A stretch of DNA of 64,000 bases from Candidatus Oxydemutator sp. (lineage in GTDB: Bacteria; Pseudomonadota; Gammaproteobacteria; Poriferisulfidales; Oxydemutatoraceae): positions 2,144,001-2,208,000 of the forward strand of contig OZ241883.1 of the NCBI GenBank assembly GCA_965203445.1, read 5' to 3'. Each line of letters opens with the position of its first letter. Position 1 is the stretch's first letter. This document shows, in pieces, positions 55,084-64,000 of this stretch. The notes under the pieces were generated by a model that saw nothing but the letters and a program-made list of their open reading frames with translations, did not search any database and was not told the DNA's origin. The position numbers and the translations under genes are program-made.

Positions 55084-56086
55084 CAGAACACGCGCTCGGA
55101 ACGAAAGATGCGTCCGCGCAGCGCGCCGCGTCGCACCAGCGCGTCCGTCGCCGCCGACGCCGCCGCGCGCGGCAGGCACAAATAAAAATCCATACCGGAC
55201 AAATCACCACTATCGTCGGCGACGCGCGCGACCCAGGCGCGCGCCGCCGCGGCGTCGGCGGCACTCGCCGGCAGCTCCACGTAGCGCAGCTGGTCGAGCG
55301 CGTCGCGCCACGAACAACACAGGTTGTCCAGGTAGTACGGCGGCGGCGCGTCGTCGGCGCGGTACAGATGAATCGGCAATTCGCCCTCTTGTGCGACAAC
55401 GTGCTCGAGCAGGCTCTTGGCGGCGGCGAAACCGTCGCCCCACGCGAGCAGCGCGAGCGCCCTCTCCGCGTGGCCGGTGAACGTGAACGACCCGTGCGGC
55501 GCCTCGACGTCGAACCAATCGCCGACGCGACATTCGCGCAACACGCGGTCGCGGAAATCGCCGCCGCCACGAGCGCGCACGTGAAACTCCAGCTCGGTCG
55601 CGTCGCACGGGCAGCTGGCGATAGCCAGGCGGGCGCGGCCGTGGCGCGGGTGCACGAGGCGCGCCTCCTGCCCGGCCAGAAAACGCAGCCGATGGCTCCT
55701 CGACACGCGCAGGCGCAGCACCGCGAGACCGGGCGCCGCCGCCGTCCGCACCTTTTGCAGCCGGCGCACCCGCGCGCGGAAACGCTGCAACGGAATCTGC
55801 GCGGCGTCTTCGGCGACTCGGCCTCGACGCGCAAATCGCCGGCGGCGGCGTGCGAACACATCAGAAAGTGGCGTCCGTCGCGCCGGTGGCGCTCGAACAC
55901 GTAATCCCAGTTCCTGATCGCCTCGACCTCGCCGTCGAGCAGGCGCGCCGCGCACAGACCGCAGTTGCCGCCGTTGCAGCCGTAGTCCACCGCAAGCCCG
56001 GCGCGCACCGCGGCCTCGAGCACCGACTCGCCGTGCTCGATCACCACTTCCTTGCCCGTTCCCTCGAAATGAATCCGGTACGTCAT
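55083..56086 (-). pseudogene. [2Fe-2S]-ferredoxin/FAD reductase (CDP-6-deoxy-glucoseen reductase-like), split by a 1-bp deletion near 55820
   Basis: N-terminal frame from ATG 56086 has YGCNGGNCGLC...LMC; C-terminal frame has LRFLAGQ...IASCPCD...LEFHV...PHGSF. Adding one base at GAG GCC GAG TCG joins them (EARVAEDAAQIP). Confidence 0.82.
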
Positions 56087-56117
56087 CGCACGCGCGGCGC
56101 GGGCACGCCGTCGTCGC

Positions 56118-56762
56118 TCATCCCAGCCGCTCGGTGATCTCTTGACGCACCTGATCAACGCCGCCGGCGCCGTCGACCGCGACGTAGCGCGCACCGCCGC
56201 TCTCGGACGCACGACGATAATGCTCGACCAGCGGCGCGGTCTGCTCATGGTAGATCTCGAGGCGGCGCGCGACGACCCCGGGGCTGTCGTCGTTGCGCTG
56301 TACCAGCGCTTCGCCGGTGGCGTCGTCGAGACCCGCGACCCTCGGCGGATTGTATTCGACGTGATAGACGCGCCCCGAGGCCGGGTGGGTGCGCCGCCCA
56401 TCGAGGCGGCGGATAATTTCCTCGTCGGAGACGACGATCTCGACGACGTAGTCAATTGCGACGCGCTGCCATTCGAGCGCGCGCGCCTGTGCCAGCGTGC
56501 GCGGAAAACCGTCCAGCAAGAAGCCGTTGCGGCAGTCGTCGCCGGCGATGCGTTCGCTGACCAGGCCGACGATGACGTTGTCGGGCACCAGCGCGCCGCG
56601 TTTCATGAAGCCGTCGGCGCGACGCCCCAACTCGCCGCCGGCGCGCACCGCCTCGCGCAGCATGTCGCCGCTCGAGATCTGCGGCACACGGTAGCGCGCG
56701 CAGACGTATTGCGCCTGCGTTCCCTTGCCGACCCCCGGCGCGCCCAGCAAAATAATTTTCAT
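56118..56762 (-). CDS. adk: Adenylate kinase
   Basis: MKIILLGAPGVGKGTQA, GFLLDGFPRT, GRRTHPASGRVYH. Confidence 0.97.
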   Translation of the reverse strand: MKIILLGAPGVGKGTQAQYVCARYRVPQISSGDMLREAVRAGGELGRRADGFMKRGALVPDNVIVGLVSERIAGDDCRNGFLLDGFPRTLAQARALEWQRVAIDYVVEIVVSDEEIIRRLDGRRTHPASGRVYHVEYNPPRVAGLDDATGEALVQRNDDSPGVVARRLEIYHEQTAPLVEHYRRASESGGARYVAVDGAGGVDQVRQEITERLG

Positions 56763-56892
56763 CGAACGATACCCGTCTTGTCCACGGCCCCCGACCTCTC
56801 CCCGAAGGCACGGCGCGTGAGCACCCGTTCCCGCCGCTTTGTCCACGCTCGTCAGGCGACGGCCGTGGCCGGGATGCGCGCAGTCAGCGTGC

Positions 56893-56900
56893 ATTATAAT
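56893..56900. promoter_or_regulatory. Palindromic ATTATAAT between divergent adk and pfp
   Basis: TATAAT ends 7 nt before the pfp ATG and also reads TATAAT toward adk. Confidence 0.55.
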
Positions 56901-56907
56901 CACGGCG

Positions 56908-58173
56908 ATGGAAAAACGTAACGCGCTCTACGCGCAATCGGGCGGCGTCACCGCGGTCATCAACGCCACCGCCTGCGGGCTGATAGAAACCGCGCGCCGG
57001 CGCGCCGACGCCATCGGCAACGTCTATGCCGCGCACAACGGCATCGTAGGCGCGCTCACCGAGGATCTGATAGACACCGGCAAGCTCGACGACGCGACCG
57101 TCGCCGCGCTCAGGCACACGCCCGCAGGCGCCTTCGGCACCTGCCGCTACAAACTGAAGGACCCCGCGCGGGACGACGCCGAATACCGCAGGCTGCTCGA
57201 GGTCTTCCGCGCGCACGACGTCGGCTACTTTTTCTACAACGGCGGCGGCGACTCGCAGGACACGACGCTCAAGATAGCGCGCCTGGGACGCGACTACGGC
57301 TATCCGCTCACCTGCATCGGCATCCCGAAGACGGTGGACAACGATCTGCCGCTGACCGACTGCTGCCCGGGTTTCGGCACCACCGCCAAATACATCGCGG
57401 TGTCGACGCGCGAGGCGGCTCTCGACGTCGCCTCGATGGCGAAGACCTCGACGCGCCTGTTCGTGCTCGAGGTGATGGGACGCCACGCCGGCTGGATCGC
57501 CGCCGCCGCCGGGCTTGCGCGCGAGCGCGCCGAAGACGCCCCGCACCTGATCCTGTTCCCGGAGATTCCGTTCGACGAGGAGCGGGTGGTGCGCGAGGCC
57601 GGACGCTGCGTCGAGGAATACGGCTACTGCGTGGTCGTCGTGTCCGAAGGCGTGCGCGACGGCGACGGGCGCTTTCTGGCCGAGGCCGACACCCGCGACG
57701 CCTTCGGCCACGTTCAGCTGGGAGGCGCCGCGCCGCGCGTCGCCACGCTGCTGACGCGAAGGCTCGGACACAAGCACCATTGGGCCGTGGCCGACTACCT
57801 GCAACGTGCGGCGCGCCACGTCGCGTCGCGCACCGACGTCGAACAGGCCTACGCACTCGGTGCCGCCGCCGTTACGATGGCGCTCGCCGGCGAGCACGCG
57901 GTCATGGCGACGATCGTGCGCGAATCCGATTCCCCGTACCGCTGGCGCATCGGCAGCGCGCCGCTCGCGGACGTCGCCAACCGCGAGAAAAAAATGCCGC
58001 GCGACTACATCAGCGACGACGGTTTCCACGTAACCGGAAAATGCAAAACCTATCTGCGACCGCTGATAGCAGGGGAAGAGTACCCGCCGTACCGGGACGG
58101 CCTGCCGTGCTACGCGCGCCTGCGGCACACCTTCGTTCCCAGGAGGCTGAGGTTCTGGCCCGCCCTCTCCTAG
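56908..58173 (+). CDS. pfp: 6-phosphofructokinase, probably PPi-dependent
   Basis: YAQSGGVTAVIN, NGGGDS (Asp at the donor-specificity position), PKTVDND (Lys), EVMGRHAGW. Confidence 0.9.
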   Translation: MEKRNALYAQSGGVTAVINATACGLIETARRRADAIGNVYAAHNGIVGALTEDLIDTGKLDDATVAALRHTPAGAFGTCRYKLKDPARDDAEYRRLLEVFRAHDVGYFFYNGGGDSQDTTLKIARLGRDYGYPLTCIGIPKTVDNDLPLTDCCPGFGTTAKYIAVSTREAALDVASMAKTSTRLFVLEVMGRHAGWIAAAAGLARERAEDAPHLILFPEIPFDEERVVREAGRCVEEYGYCVVVVSEGVRDGDGRFLAEADTRDAFGHVQLGGAAPRVATLLTRRLGHKHHWAVADYLQRAARHVASRTDVEQAYALGAAAVTMALAGEHAVMATIVRESDSPYRWRIGSAPLADVANREKKMPRDYISDDGFHVTGKCKTYLRPLIAGEEYPPYRDGLPCYARLRHTFVPRRLRFWPALS

Positions 58174-58240
58174 GGGGAGAGGGCTACGTTGCGGGCCGGC
58201 GGACAGGTTTTCGGCCCACCCTCTCCCAAAGGGAGAGGGG
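58157..58240. repeat. Pair of REP-like palindromes; the first supplies the pfp stop codon
   Basis: ccctctcctagggggagaggg and ccctctcccaaagggagaggg; TAG 58171-58173 lies in the first hairpin. Confidence 0.78.
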
Positions 58241-58294
58241 TTCAGGGTTTCATGAAAAACGACGAATCAGGGGCGCGGGCGGGATAGAGGGGTA

Positions 58295-58885
58295 TCACTG
58301 ATAGACCAGCTCGGCGCGGCGGTTGCGGCTGTATGCCTCCTCGGTATGCCCTTCGACCGCCGGACGCTCCTCGCCGTAACTCAGGACCGAAAAGCGCGTC
58401 GCCTCGACGCCGTGCGCCTGCAACACGTCGCGCGCCGCCTTGGCGCGTTGTTCGCCCAGGGCCAGGTTGTAGCCGGCGCTGCCACGCTCGTCGGCGTGCC
58501 CCTCGAGGCGCAGCCCGACCTCGGGATGTTCCTTCAAAAATTCGGCGTGACGCGCCAACACCTCGCGCCCCTCGTCCTTGACCGCCGACGAGTTGTAATC
58601 GAAATAAATGACGTTGTAGCGCAGCGCGGGATCTTGCCGCGCCGCCCGCAGATACGCCTCGTTGGACGACATTTCGACCTCGTCGCCGTACAGCTGCCTG
58701 GCGGTGCTCGCCACGTCGTCGGGATAGACCTCGGTCTGCGCGCCAGCCGCAGCGTCGGCGCCGGCGTCCGGTGTCGCGGTCTGCATGTCGACGTCCCTGG
58801 TCGCGGCGCAGCCGGACAGCAACGCGCCCGACAGTACGCCCGCGGTCAATATCATGACGATACGGCGCAAAGACGATGGTTTCAT
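58295..58885 (-). CDS. pal: Peptidoglycan-associated lipoprotein
   Basis: Lipobox LSGC, IYFDYNS, EGHADERGSAGYNLALGEQRA, SYGEERP, NRRAEL. Confidence 0.93.
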   Translation of the reverse strand: MKPSSLRRIVMILTAGVLSGALLSGCAATRDVDMQTATPDAGADAAAGAQTEVYPDDVASTARQLYGDEVEMSSNEAYLRAARQDPALRYNVIYFDYNSSAVKDEGREVLARHAEFLKEHPEVGLRLEGHADERGSAGYNLALGEQRAKAARDVLQAHGVEATRFSVLSYGEERPAVEGHTEEAYSRNRRAELVYQ

Positions 58886-59065
58886 ATGGAGTCGCCTCTC
58901 TTCGGGGTTATGGGCAAAAGCGGATTATAGCCTAATTGCCGTCCGAGCGCGGCAAACGGACACCGAACGGCGCTATAATGGCCGGTTGCACAATCGGATT
59001 TTCTTGCAGGAGGCGAACATGCACGACACTACCCATGACCGCGAAAACCGCGCGGAGCGTCGGCG

Positions 59066-59524
59066 ATGACGATGCAGGCGGTTCTGTGCCCGGTGCACCG
59101 CGGCCTTTCGACAATCGGCGCGTGGCTGTCGCTGCTGGGACTGCGGCTGCTGCTGGCGTGGGAGTTCTGGGAAGCCGGCGTCGCCAAACTGCAAGGCGAC
59201 AACTGGTTCGCCCACGTCAGCGACGAGTTCCCGTTCCCGTTCAACGCGCTGCCGGTCGGCGTCAGCTGGTTCCTGGCGACCTGGACCGAGATACTCGGCG
59301 CCCTCGGATTGGCGCTGGGTTTCGGTACGCGCTTCTGGGCCGCGGGCCTGATCGTCCTCGACGTGGTGGCGTGGGCGAGCGTGCACGCCGACAACGGCTA
59401 CAACGTCTGCGACAACGGCTACAAACTGCCGCTGATGTTCCTGATCATGCTGATACCGCTGCTGTTGAGCGGCCCCGGCAAGTTCAGCATAGACCACGTC
59501 ATCAGCCGGCGTTACTGGCAATGA
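59066..59524 (+). CDS. DoxX family membrane protein (HvfX-like)
   Basis: LRLLLAWEFWEAG..K...PFPF...LATWTEILGA...GYNVCDNGYKLPL...GPGKFSID. Confidence 0.88.
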   Translation: MTMQAVLCPVHRGLSTIGAWLSLLGLRLLLAWEFWEAGVAKLQGDNWFAHVSDEFPFPFNALPVGVSWFLATWTEILGALGLALGFGTRFWAAGLIVLDVVAWASVHADNGYNVCDNGYKLPLMFLIMLIPLLLSGPGKFSIDHVISRRYWQ

Positions 59525-60369
59525 CGGCGGGCGGCACTGCCATGGTCACGGGCGCCGGCCTCGGCCTGCGTCGCGACCTGATGGACGAGATCGAGGCCGC
59601 GTGGCCGCGCCAGATCTCGTTTATGGAAGTCGCGCCGGAGAATTGGATCGGTGCGGGCGGCGCGCTCGGACGGCGCTTCCGGCGCTTCACCGAACGCTAC
59701 CCGTTCGTCTGCCACGGCCTGTCGCTGTCCGTCGGCGGCCCGGCGCCGCTCGACCGCGAACTGCTGGCGCGTATCCGCGACTTCCTGCGCGAACACCGCA
59801 TCCGCCGCTACAGCGAACATTTGAGCTACTGCGCGGACGACGCGCACCTCTACGACCTGATGCCGATTCCGTTCACCGAACAAGCCGCGCGCTACGTCGC
59901 CGCGCGCATCCGCGAGGTGCAGGACTTTCTCGGCGAGCGCATCGCAATCGAAAACGTGTCGGCCTACGTCGCGCCGGGCCAGGAGATGGAAGAGATTGAC
60001 TTCATCAACCTTGTGCTGGGCGAAGCCGACTGCGACCTGCTGCTCGACGTCAACAACGTCTACGTCAACTCGGTCAACTTCGGCTTTAACGCCGACGCCT
60101 ACCTCGCGCGGCTGCCGGGCGAGCGCATCGCCTGGTGCCACGTCGCCGGGCATTACAATGAGGCGAGCGACCTGATCGTGGACACGCACGGCGCCGACGT
60201 CATCGCTCCGGTGTGGGGCTTGCTTGCAAAGGCGTATTCGCTGTTCGGCCCGCTGCCGACGCTGCTCGAACGCGATTTCAACTTCCCGCCGCTGGCCAGG
60301 CTGCTCGACGAAGTCGCGCGTATCCGCGACTTGCAGCAGCGCGATGGCGAGCGCGTCGCCGCTGCATAA
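59521..60369 (+). CDS. DUF692 multinuclear non-heme iron oxidase (HvfB/BufB-like)
   Basis: GLGLRR, EVAPENW, HGLSLSVGG, SEHLSYC, LYDLMPIPF, ENVSAY, LLDVNNVYVN, HVAGH, DTHG, LLERD. Confidence 0.93.
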   Translation: MTAGGTAMVTGAGLGLRRDLMDEIEAAWPRQISFMEVAPENWIGAGGALGRRFRRFTERYPFVCHGLSLSVGGPAPLDRELLARIRDFLREHRIRRYSEHLSYCADDAHLYDLMPIPFTEQAARYVAARIREVQDFLGERIAIENVSAYVAPGQEMEEIDFINLVLGEADCDLLLDVNNVYVNSVNFGFNADAYLARLPGERIAWCHVAGHYNEASDLIVDTHGADVIAPVWGLLAKAYSLFGPLPTLLERDFNFPPLARLLDEVARIRDLQQRDGERVAAA

Positions 60370-60385
60370 GCGATTCGCGCGGAAG

Positions 60386-61150
60386 ATGCCCGACGACTTT
60401 CAGGCCTTTCAGGCAATACAGCGCCAACTCGCCGCGCACCTGCGCGACCCGGCCAAGCCGCCGCCGCCCGGCACCAGGCAACGCGGCCTCGGCGTATATC
60501 GCGGCCTGTTCTTCCGGAACATCGAGAGCTTTCTGTCGAACGCCTTTCCGGTGTCGCGCAAGCTCTACGGCGCCGACGACTGGAGCGATCTGGCGCGGCT
60601 GTTTTACGCGCGCCACCGCTGCCACTCCCCGTACTTCGCCGAAATACCGCGCGAGTTCATAGCCTATCTCGAAGACGAGCACGAGGCGCGCCCGTGCGAC
60701 CCGCCGTTTCTGCTCGAGCTGGCGCATTACGAATGGGTCGAACTGGCACTCGCGCGCGCCACCGACGAGACCGACGCGGCGGCGATCAACCCCGACGGCG
60801 ACCTGATGGGCGGCGTGCCGGTGCCATCGCCGCTGGCGTGGCAGCACGCCTACGAGTGGCCGGTGCACCGCATCGGCCCCGATTTCCGGCCCGAAAAGCC
60901 GGGTGCTACGCCGACCTGGCTGGTGGTGTTCCGGGATCGCAAAGACCGGGTACGCTTCCTCGAACTGAATCGCCTGAGCGCCCTGCTGCTCGAAAAAATA
61001 GCCGGGCAAAGCGGCGCCACCGGCCATGAACTCATCCGACAAGTGGCGCGCGAACTGGCAATCAAAGACGCCGAAAACGCTTTCCAAAGCGGCCGCCGGA
61101 TGTTGGAAACCATGCGCGCCAAAGACATCCTGCTCGGCACGCGCCGCTGA
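60386..61150 (+). CDS. DUF2063 MNIO partner protein (HvfC/BufC-like)
   Basis: QRQLAAHLRDP...VYRGLFFRNIESFL..FPV...ELAHYEWVELAL...WPVHRI; follows DUF692. Confidence 0.9.
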   Translation: MPDDFQAFQAIQRQLAAHLRDPAKPPPPGTRQRGLGVYRGLFFRNIESFLSNAFPVSRKLYGADDWSDLARLFYARHRCHSPYFAEIPREFIAYLEDEHEARPCDPPFLLELAHYEWVELALARATDETDAAAINPDGDLMGGVPVPSPLAWQHAYEWPVHRIGPDFRPEKPGATPTWLVVFRDRKDRVRFLELNRLSALLLEKIAGQSGATGHELIRQVARELAIKDAENAFQSGRRMLETMRAKDILLGTRR

Positions 61151-61196
61151 CCAAAACGGCGCGCTACCCGCCCTCCTGGTCCATCATTCCCTGCGA

Positions 61197-62357
61197 TCAG
61201 GTATTCAGCCCGACAACGGCGCTCCCCATCACGGCGACTTCGCTCATTCTGTTCCTCGCGGTCTCGCAGTATTCCTTCGAGACGTCTATGCCGAGGTAGC
61301 GGCGGTTGGTTTTTTTGGCGACCACGGTCGTGGTGCCGGCGCCGTTGAAGGGGTCGAGGATGAGGTCGCCCTGGAAACTGAACAAGCGTATCGCGCGGTC
61401 GGCGAGACCTTCAGGAAACATCGCCGGGTGGTTGTATTTTTTCATGTTGCGTTCCGGCGCGACCACCCATTTGCCGACGACCCATTTCTTGAACTCGTCG
61501 GCGGTGACGTCTATATGCTCGCGGTCGCCGGATTTTTTCAAATCACCCTTGCAGAAGATCTCGATGAACTCCCAGGTGTATTTCAAATACGGATTGCTCG
61601 GGCTTTTCCAGCTGCCCCAGGCCGTGTATTTGCAGTTGTAGTTGTTCTTCTCCCACAGAATCTCGCCTTTCCAAATCAGCTTTTTGGCGAGGAAATAGTT
61701 GCTGATGACGTGGTGGCTCGGAATATAGTCGGAGTACAGCGGTTGGACGTTGACGATGACGCGCCCGCCGTGCTTGAGAACGCGGATGCACTGATCGAAC
61801 ACCGCAAAAAGTCGGTCGAAGTAACTTTGCCAGTCGCGGTCGTCCGGAGATTGTTCGTAGTCGAGGCCGAAGTTGTAGGGCGGCGACGTGAAAATCAGGT
61901 CCACGCAGTTGCCCGGCAATTTTTTCAGCACCTGCGCGCCGTCGCCGCAAATAATCCTGTTCTCGTAGCGCGCCGGCAGTGGATTGTTCTCGAGCGGGTG
62001 GTCGTTGCCCTTCGCGTAGTAGAACTTGCCGCGCCGAACTTCCTTCACGGCGCGGTTTTTGACCTTGCGCTCCTTGTTGAAACCGACGTAGTTGCGCTTG
62101 CGCCCGCGGATGCCGTAACTGCCGACTTTCTCGATTGCGGCGACGACTTCGGCGAGCAGGCCGTTGCCGCCGGACAACTCCTCGGCCGATTGCCGCAGCC
62201 GCGCCACGTCCACTTCGCGCAGCAGGATGCGCACCGTGTTTCCGTCCGCCACCACGCGCAAATCCCGCTCGCGGAAGCGATGGTTGAAAACCTCGAGCAG
62301 CCCAATCTCTTTTTTGCTGAGAGATTGGTTCCGGCTGATTTGAATTTCCTTATACAT
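61197..62357 (-). CDS. Site-specific DNA methyltransferase (N4/N6, beta class) with N-terminal extension
   Basis: DLIFTSPPYN (motif IV) precedes HPAMFP and LDPFNGAGTT (motif I); SPPY suggests m4C. Confidence 0.92.
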   Translation of the reverse strand: MYKEIQISRNQSLSKKEIGLLEVFNHRFRERDLRVVADGNTVRILLREVDVARLRQSAEELSGGNGLLAEVVAAIEKVGSYGIRGRKRNYVGFNKERKVKNRAVKEVRRGKFYYAKGNDHPLENNPLPARYENRIICGDGAQVLKKLPGNCVDLIFTSPPYNFGLDYEQSPDDRDWQSYFDRLFAVFDQCIRVLKHGGRVIVNVQPLYSDYIPSHHVISNYFLAKKLIWKGEILWEKNNYNCKYTAWGSWKSPSNPYLKYTWEFIEIFCKGDLKKSGDREHIDVTADEFKKWVVGKWVVAPERNMKKYNHPAMFPEGLADRAIRLFSFQGDLILDPFNGAGTTTVVAKKTNRRYLGIDVSKEYCETARNRMSEVAVMGSAVVGLNT

Positions 62358-62448
62358 GATGCGTGATGCGATAATCCGAGCAGGTATTCGCGGCAAGTTG
62401 TTCCATTATATCGGGATCTGGTAATCCGTATGAGTGCCATATATGAAC

Positions 62449-62478
62449 TTGACAAATATGGGATTTATATAATATAAT
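62449..62478 (+). promoter_or_regulatory. Sigma70-type promoter TTGACA-N18-TATAAT
   Basis: TTGACA at 62449-62454 and TATAAT at 62473-62478 in an AT-rich spacer upstream of ATG 62518. Confidence 0.7.
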
Positions 62479-62517
62479 GTAGCCTTATATATCATTCTCT
62501 TATTGGGTGAAATAGCA

Positions 62518-64000
62518 ATGCCGACCAGCAAAGTCAACGTCAAAAGGTTAGTCCGCGATCTTGCAGAGATGTATCATGACGATACGTTTAACGTCGTCAT
62601 CATTGAACTGGTCGCCAATGCACTGGATGCCAAGGCAAGCAAAATTTCGCTCACCTGGGACGGCCAGAGACACATACTGGTTGTACAGGATGATGGCAAA
62701 GGGATGGATTCCGGGGATTTCGAGGAGTACCACGACTTCGCCGCTGAACTGAAAACTCGTGGGGATGGCATAGGATTCGCCGGTGTCGGTGCCAAGATCA
62801 GTTTCAATATTGCCAGCCGCGTAGTCACCAAAACCCGCCACAAAGGTCGCTTCAGGGCATCCGACTGGCGTTGGGATGGCCACGATCTCCATTGGAAGGA
62901 TATTTCAGGCGCCGACGAGGTCCAGGTACCAGGCGGACTCAATGCCGGCGGCACTCGCGTCGAAGTACACTTCAACCATAAGCAGGTCCCTGAAAACATC
63001 GGCGCTGATTACCTTGAAAACGTACTGAAACGCCATTACCTCCCGCTTTTTGCGAACGAGTTTGTGCGCTCGTACTCGGGCATGGGACTCTACCCGGGAG
63101 AGCCTAGGTTCCTAATCAACGGATCGCCAGTACAACGGAGCAATCTGTCCGACGTGGCGGCATTGGACAAGCGCCATGATTTCCCCGTCAAGGTGCGCAA
63201 GAAGATAGTCGGCTGGGGCGCGATTGGCGTTTCTGAGAAAGACTGTCCGGCAGGCCCGGACTCTTACGGGGTACTGCTCTGCACTCGCGGAAAGGTGATT
63301 ATGCCGGAAATGTTCGGACTGCCTACGGGCAGACTCGGTACAAAACTGTTCGGTATCGTCGAAATCCCCGGCCTCATTACATATCTGACCACCAACAAAT
63401 CCGGCTTGAAAAAAAGCGGTCGCGGATGCAATCAACTTCTGGCTCCCGTCCGCGAAGAATTGAAGAAATTTCTCGCCAAACACGGGGTCGCGGTTGCAGA
63501 ACCGCAGCGCAATCCACTGTCGGCGAAACTGGAACGGGAGCTGACAAAGATCGTAAAGCAGATGCCGGAGCTGCGGGATTTCCGCGGACTGCGGCGCGAA
63601 TCATCCGCCCTTCGCAAAAACGAGGACGGCGACACACCTGCCTCCCCGCAGGAACCTTCTCCCAAGATCGGCGACGACCAATCTGGCGACGGCGACGACA
63701 ACGGGAGCGACAATGGACACGGGAGCGAGTCCCGCAAGGAGGACGAGGCGGGCAAGACACGGACAAAACGCCAATCATCGCGCAGGAATCAAGGTCCTCG
63801 GGTCGCCTTTGAAAATTACCCGGACCGGAATGAAACCGCCTGGCTCAATTCCGACACCATCATCATCAACAGCGGACACCCGGCCTATTGTCGCCAAACC
63901 ACACAAAGCCAGGCAAAACTAACCTACTGCATGTTCGCCATCGGCGTCGCATTAGACAAGGCCAACCTCGTTGAATCTGACAATGACACCAGCTATGTGG
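62518..64000 (+). CDS. GHKL (Hsp90/MORC-like, HATPase_c_3) ATPase, 3' end runs off the window
   Basis: Manual translation: MPTSKVNVKRLVRDLAEMY...IELVANALDA...VQDDGKGMD...GIGFAGVGAK (N, G1 and G2 boxes). Missing from the ORF track because it has no stop in the window. Confidence 0.85.
   Translation, partial: MPTSKVNVKRLVRDLAEMYHDDTFNVVIIELVANALDAKASKISLTWDGQRHILVVQDDGKGMDSGDFEEYHDFAAELKTRGDGIGFAGVGAKISFNIASRVVTKTRHKGRFRASDWRWDGHDLHWKDISGADEVQVPGGLNAGGTRVEVHFNHKQVPENIGADYLENVLKRHYLPLFANEFVRSYSGMGLYPGEPRFLINGSPVQRSNLSDVAALDKRHDFPVKVRKKIVGWGAIGVSEKDCPAGPDSYGVLLCTRGKVIMPEMFGLPTGRLGTKLFGIVEIPGLITYLTTNKSGLKKSGRGCNQLLAPVREELKKFLAKHGVAVAEPQRNPLSAKLERELTKIVKQMPELRDFRGLRRESSALRKNEDGDTPASPQEPSPKIGDDQSGDGDDNGSDNGHGSESRKEDEAGKTRTKRQSSRRNQGPRVAFENYPDRNETAWLNSDTIIINSGHPAYCRQTTQSQAKLTYCMFAIGVALDKANLVESDNDTSYV

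Overview
High-GC proteobacterial chromosome segment, most likely a gammaproteobacterium (petABC-sspAB order, rnt, 23S sequence). Most of it is housekeeping: sdhCDA, a polyamine-type ABC transporter, ispG, rsmE, ahcY, metK, petABC, sspAB, yrbG-kdsD, msrA, a Vibrio-type TonB2/TtpC operon, folE, mlaA, argG, pyrC, rnt, lptCAB, ptrB, adk, PPi-PFK and pal. It also has four tRNAs and a 23S rRNA gene with no 16S or 5S beside it. The best candidate for an undescribed system is a four-gene operon at 26.3-31.3 kb: a MotA/TolQ/ExbB-like channel, two different ExbD/MotB-like anchored proteins, and a membrane-anchored protein with two non-catalytic FGE/SUMF1 domains. Other oddities are a two-gene cytoplasmic Mo-enzyme plus FNR-ferredoxin unit, a DoxX-DUF692-DUF2063 RiPP maturase cluster with no adjacent precursor, duplicated glycosyltransferase-like genes around lptCAB, a micro-cassette of small membrane peptides between inverted REP-like repeats, a CDS open through tRNA-Arg, a methyltransferase/GHKL-ATPase pair, and two or three single-base frameshifts that may be sequencing errors. 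All family assignments come from recognising motifs by eye; no searches were run.
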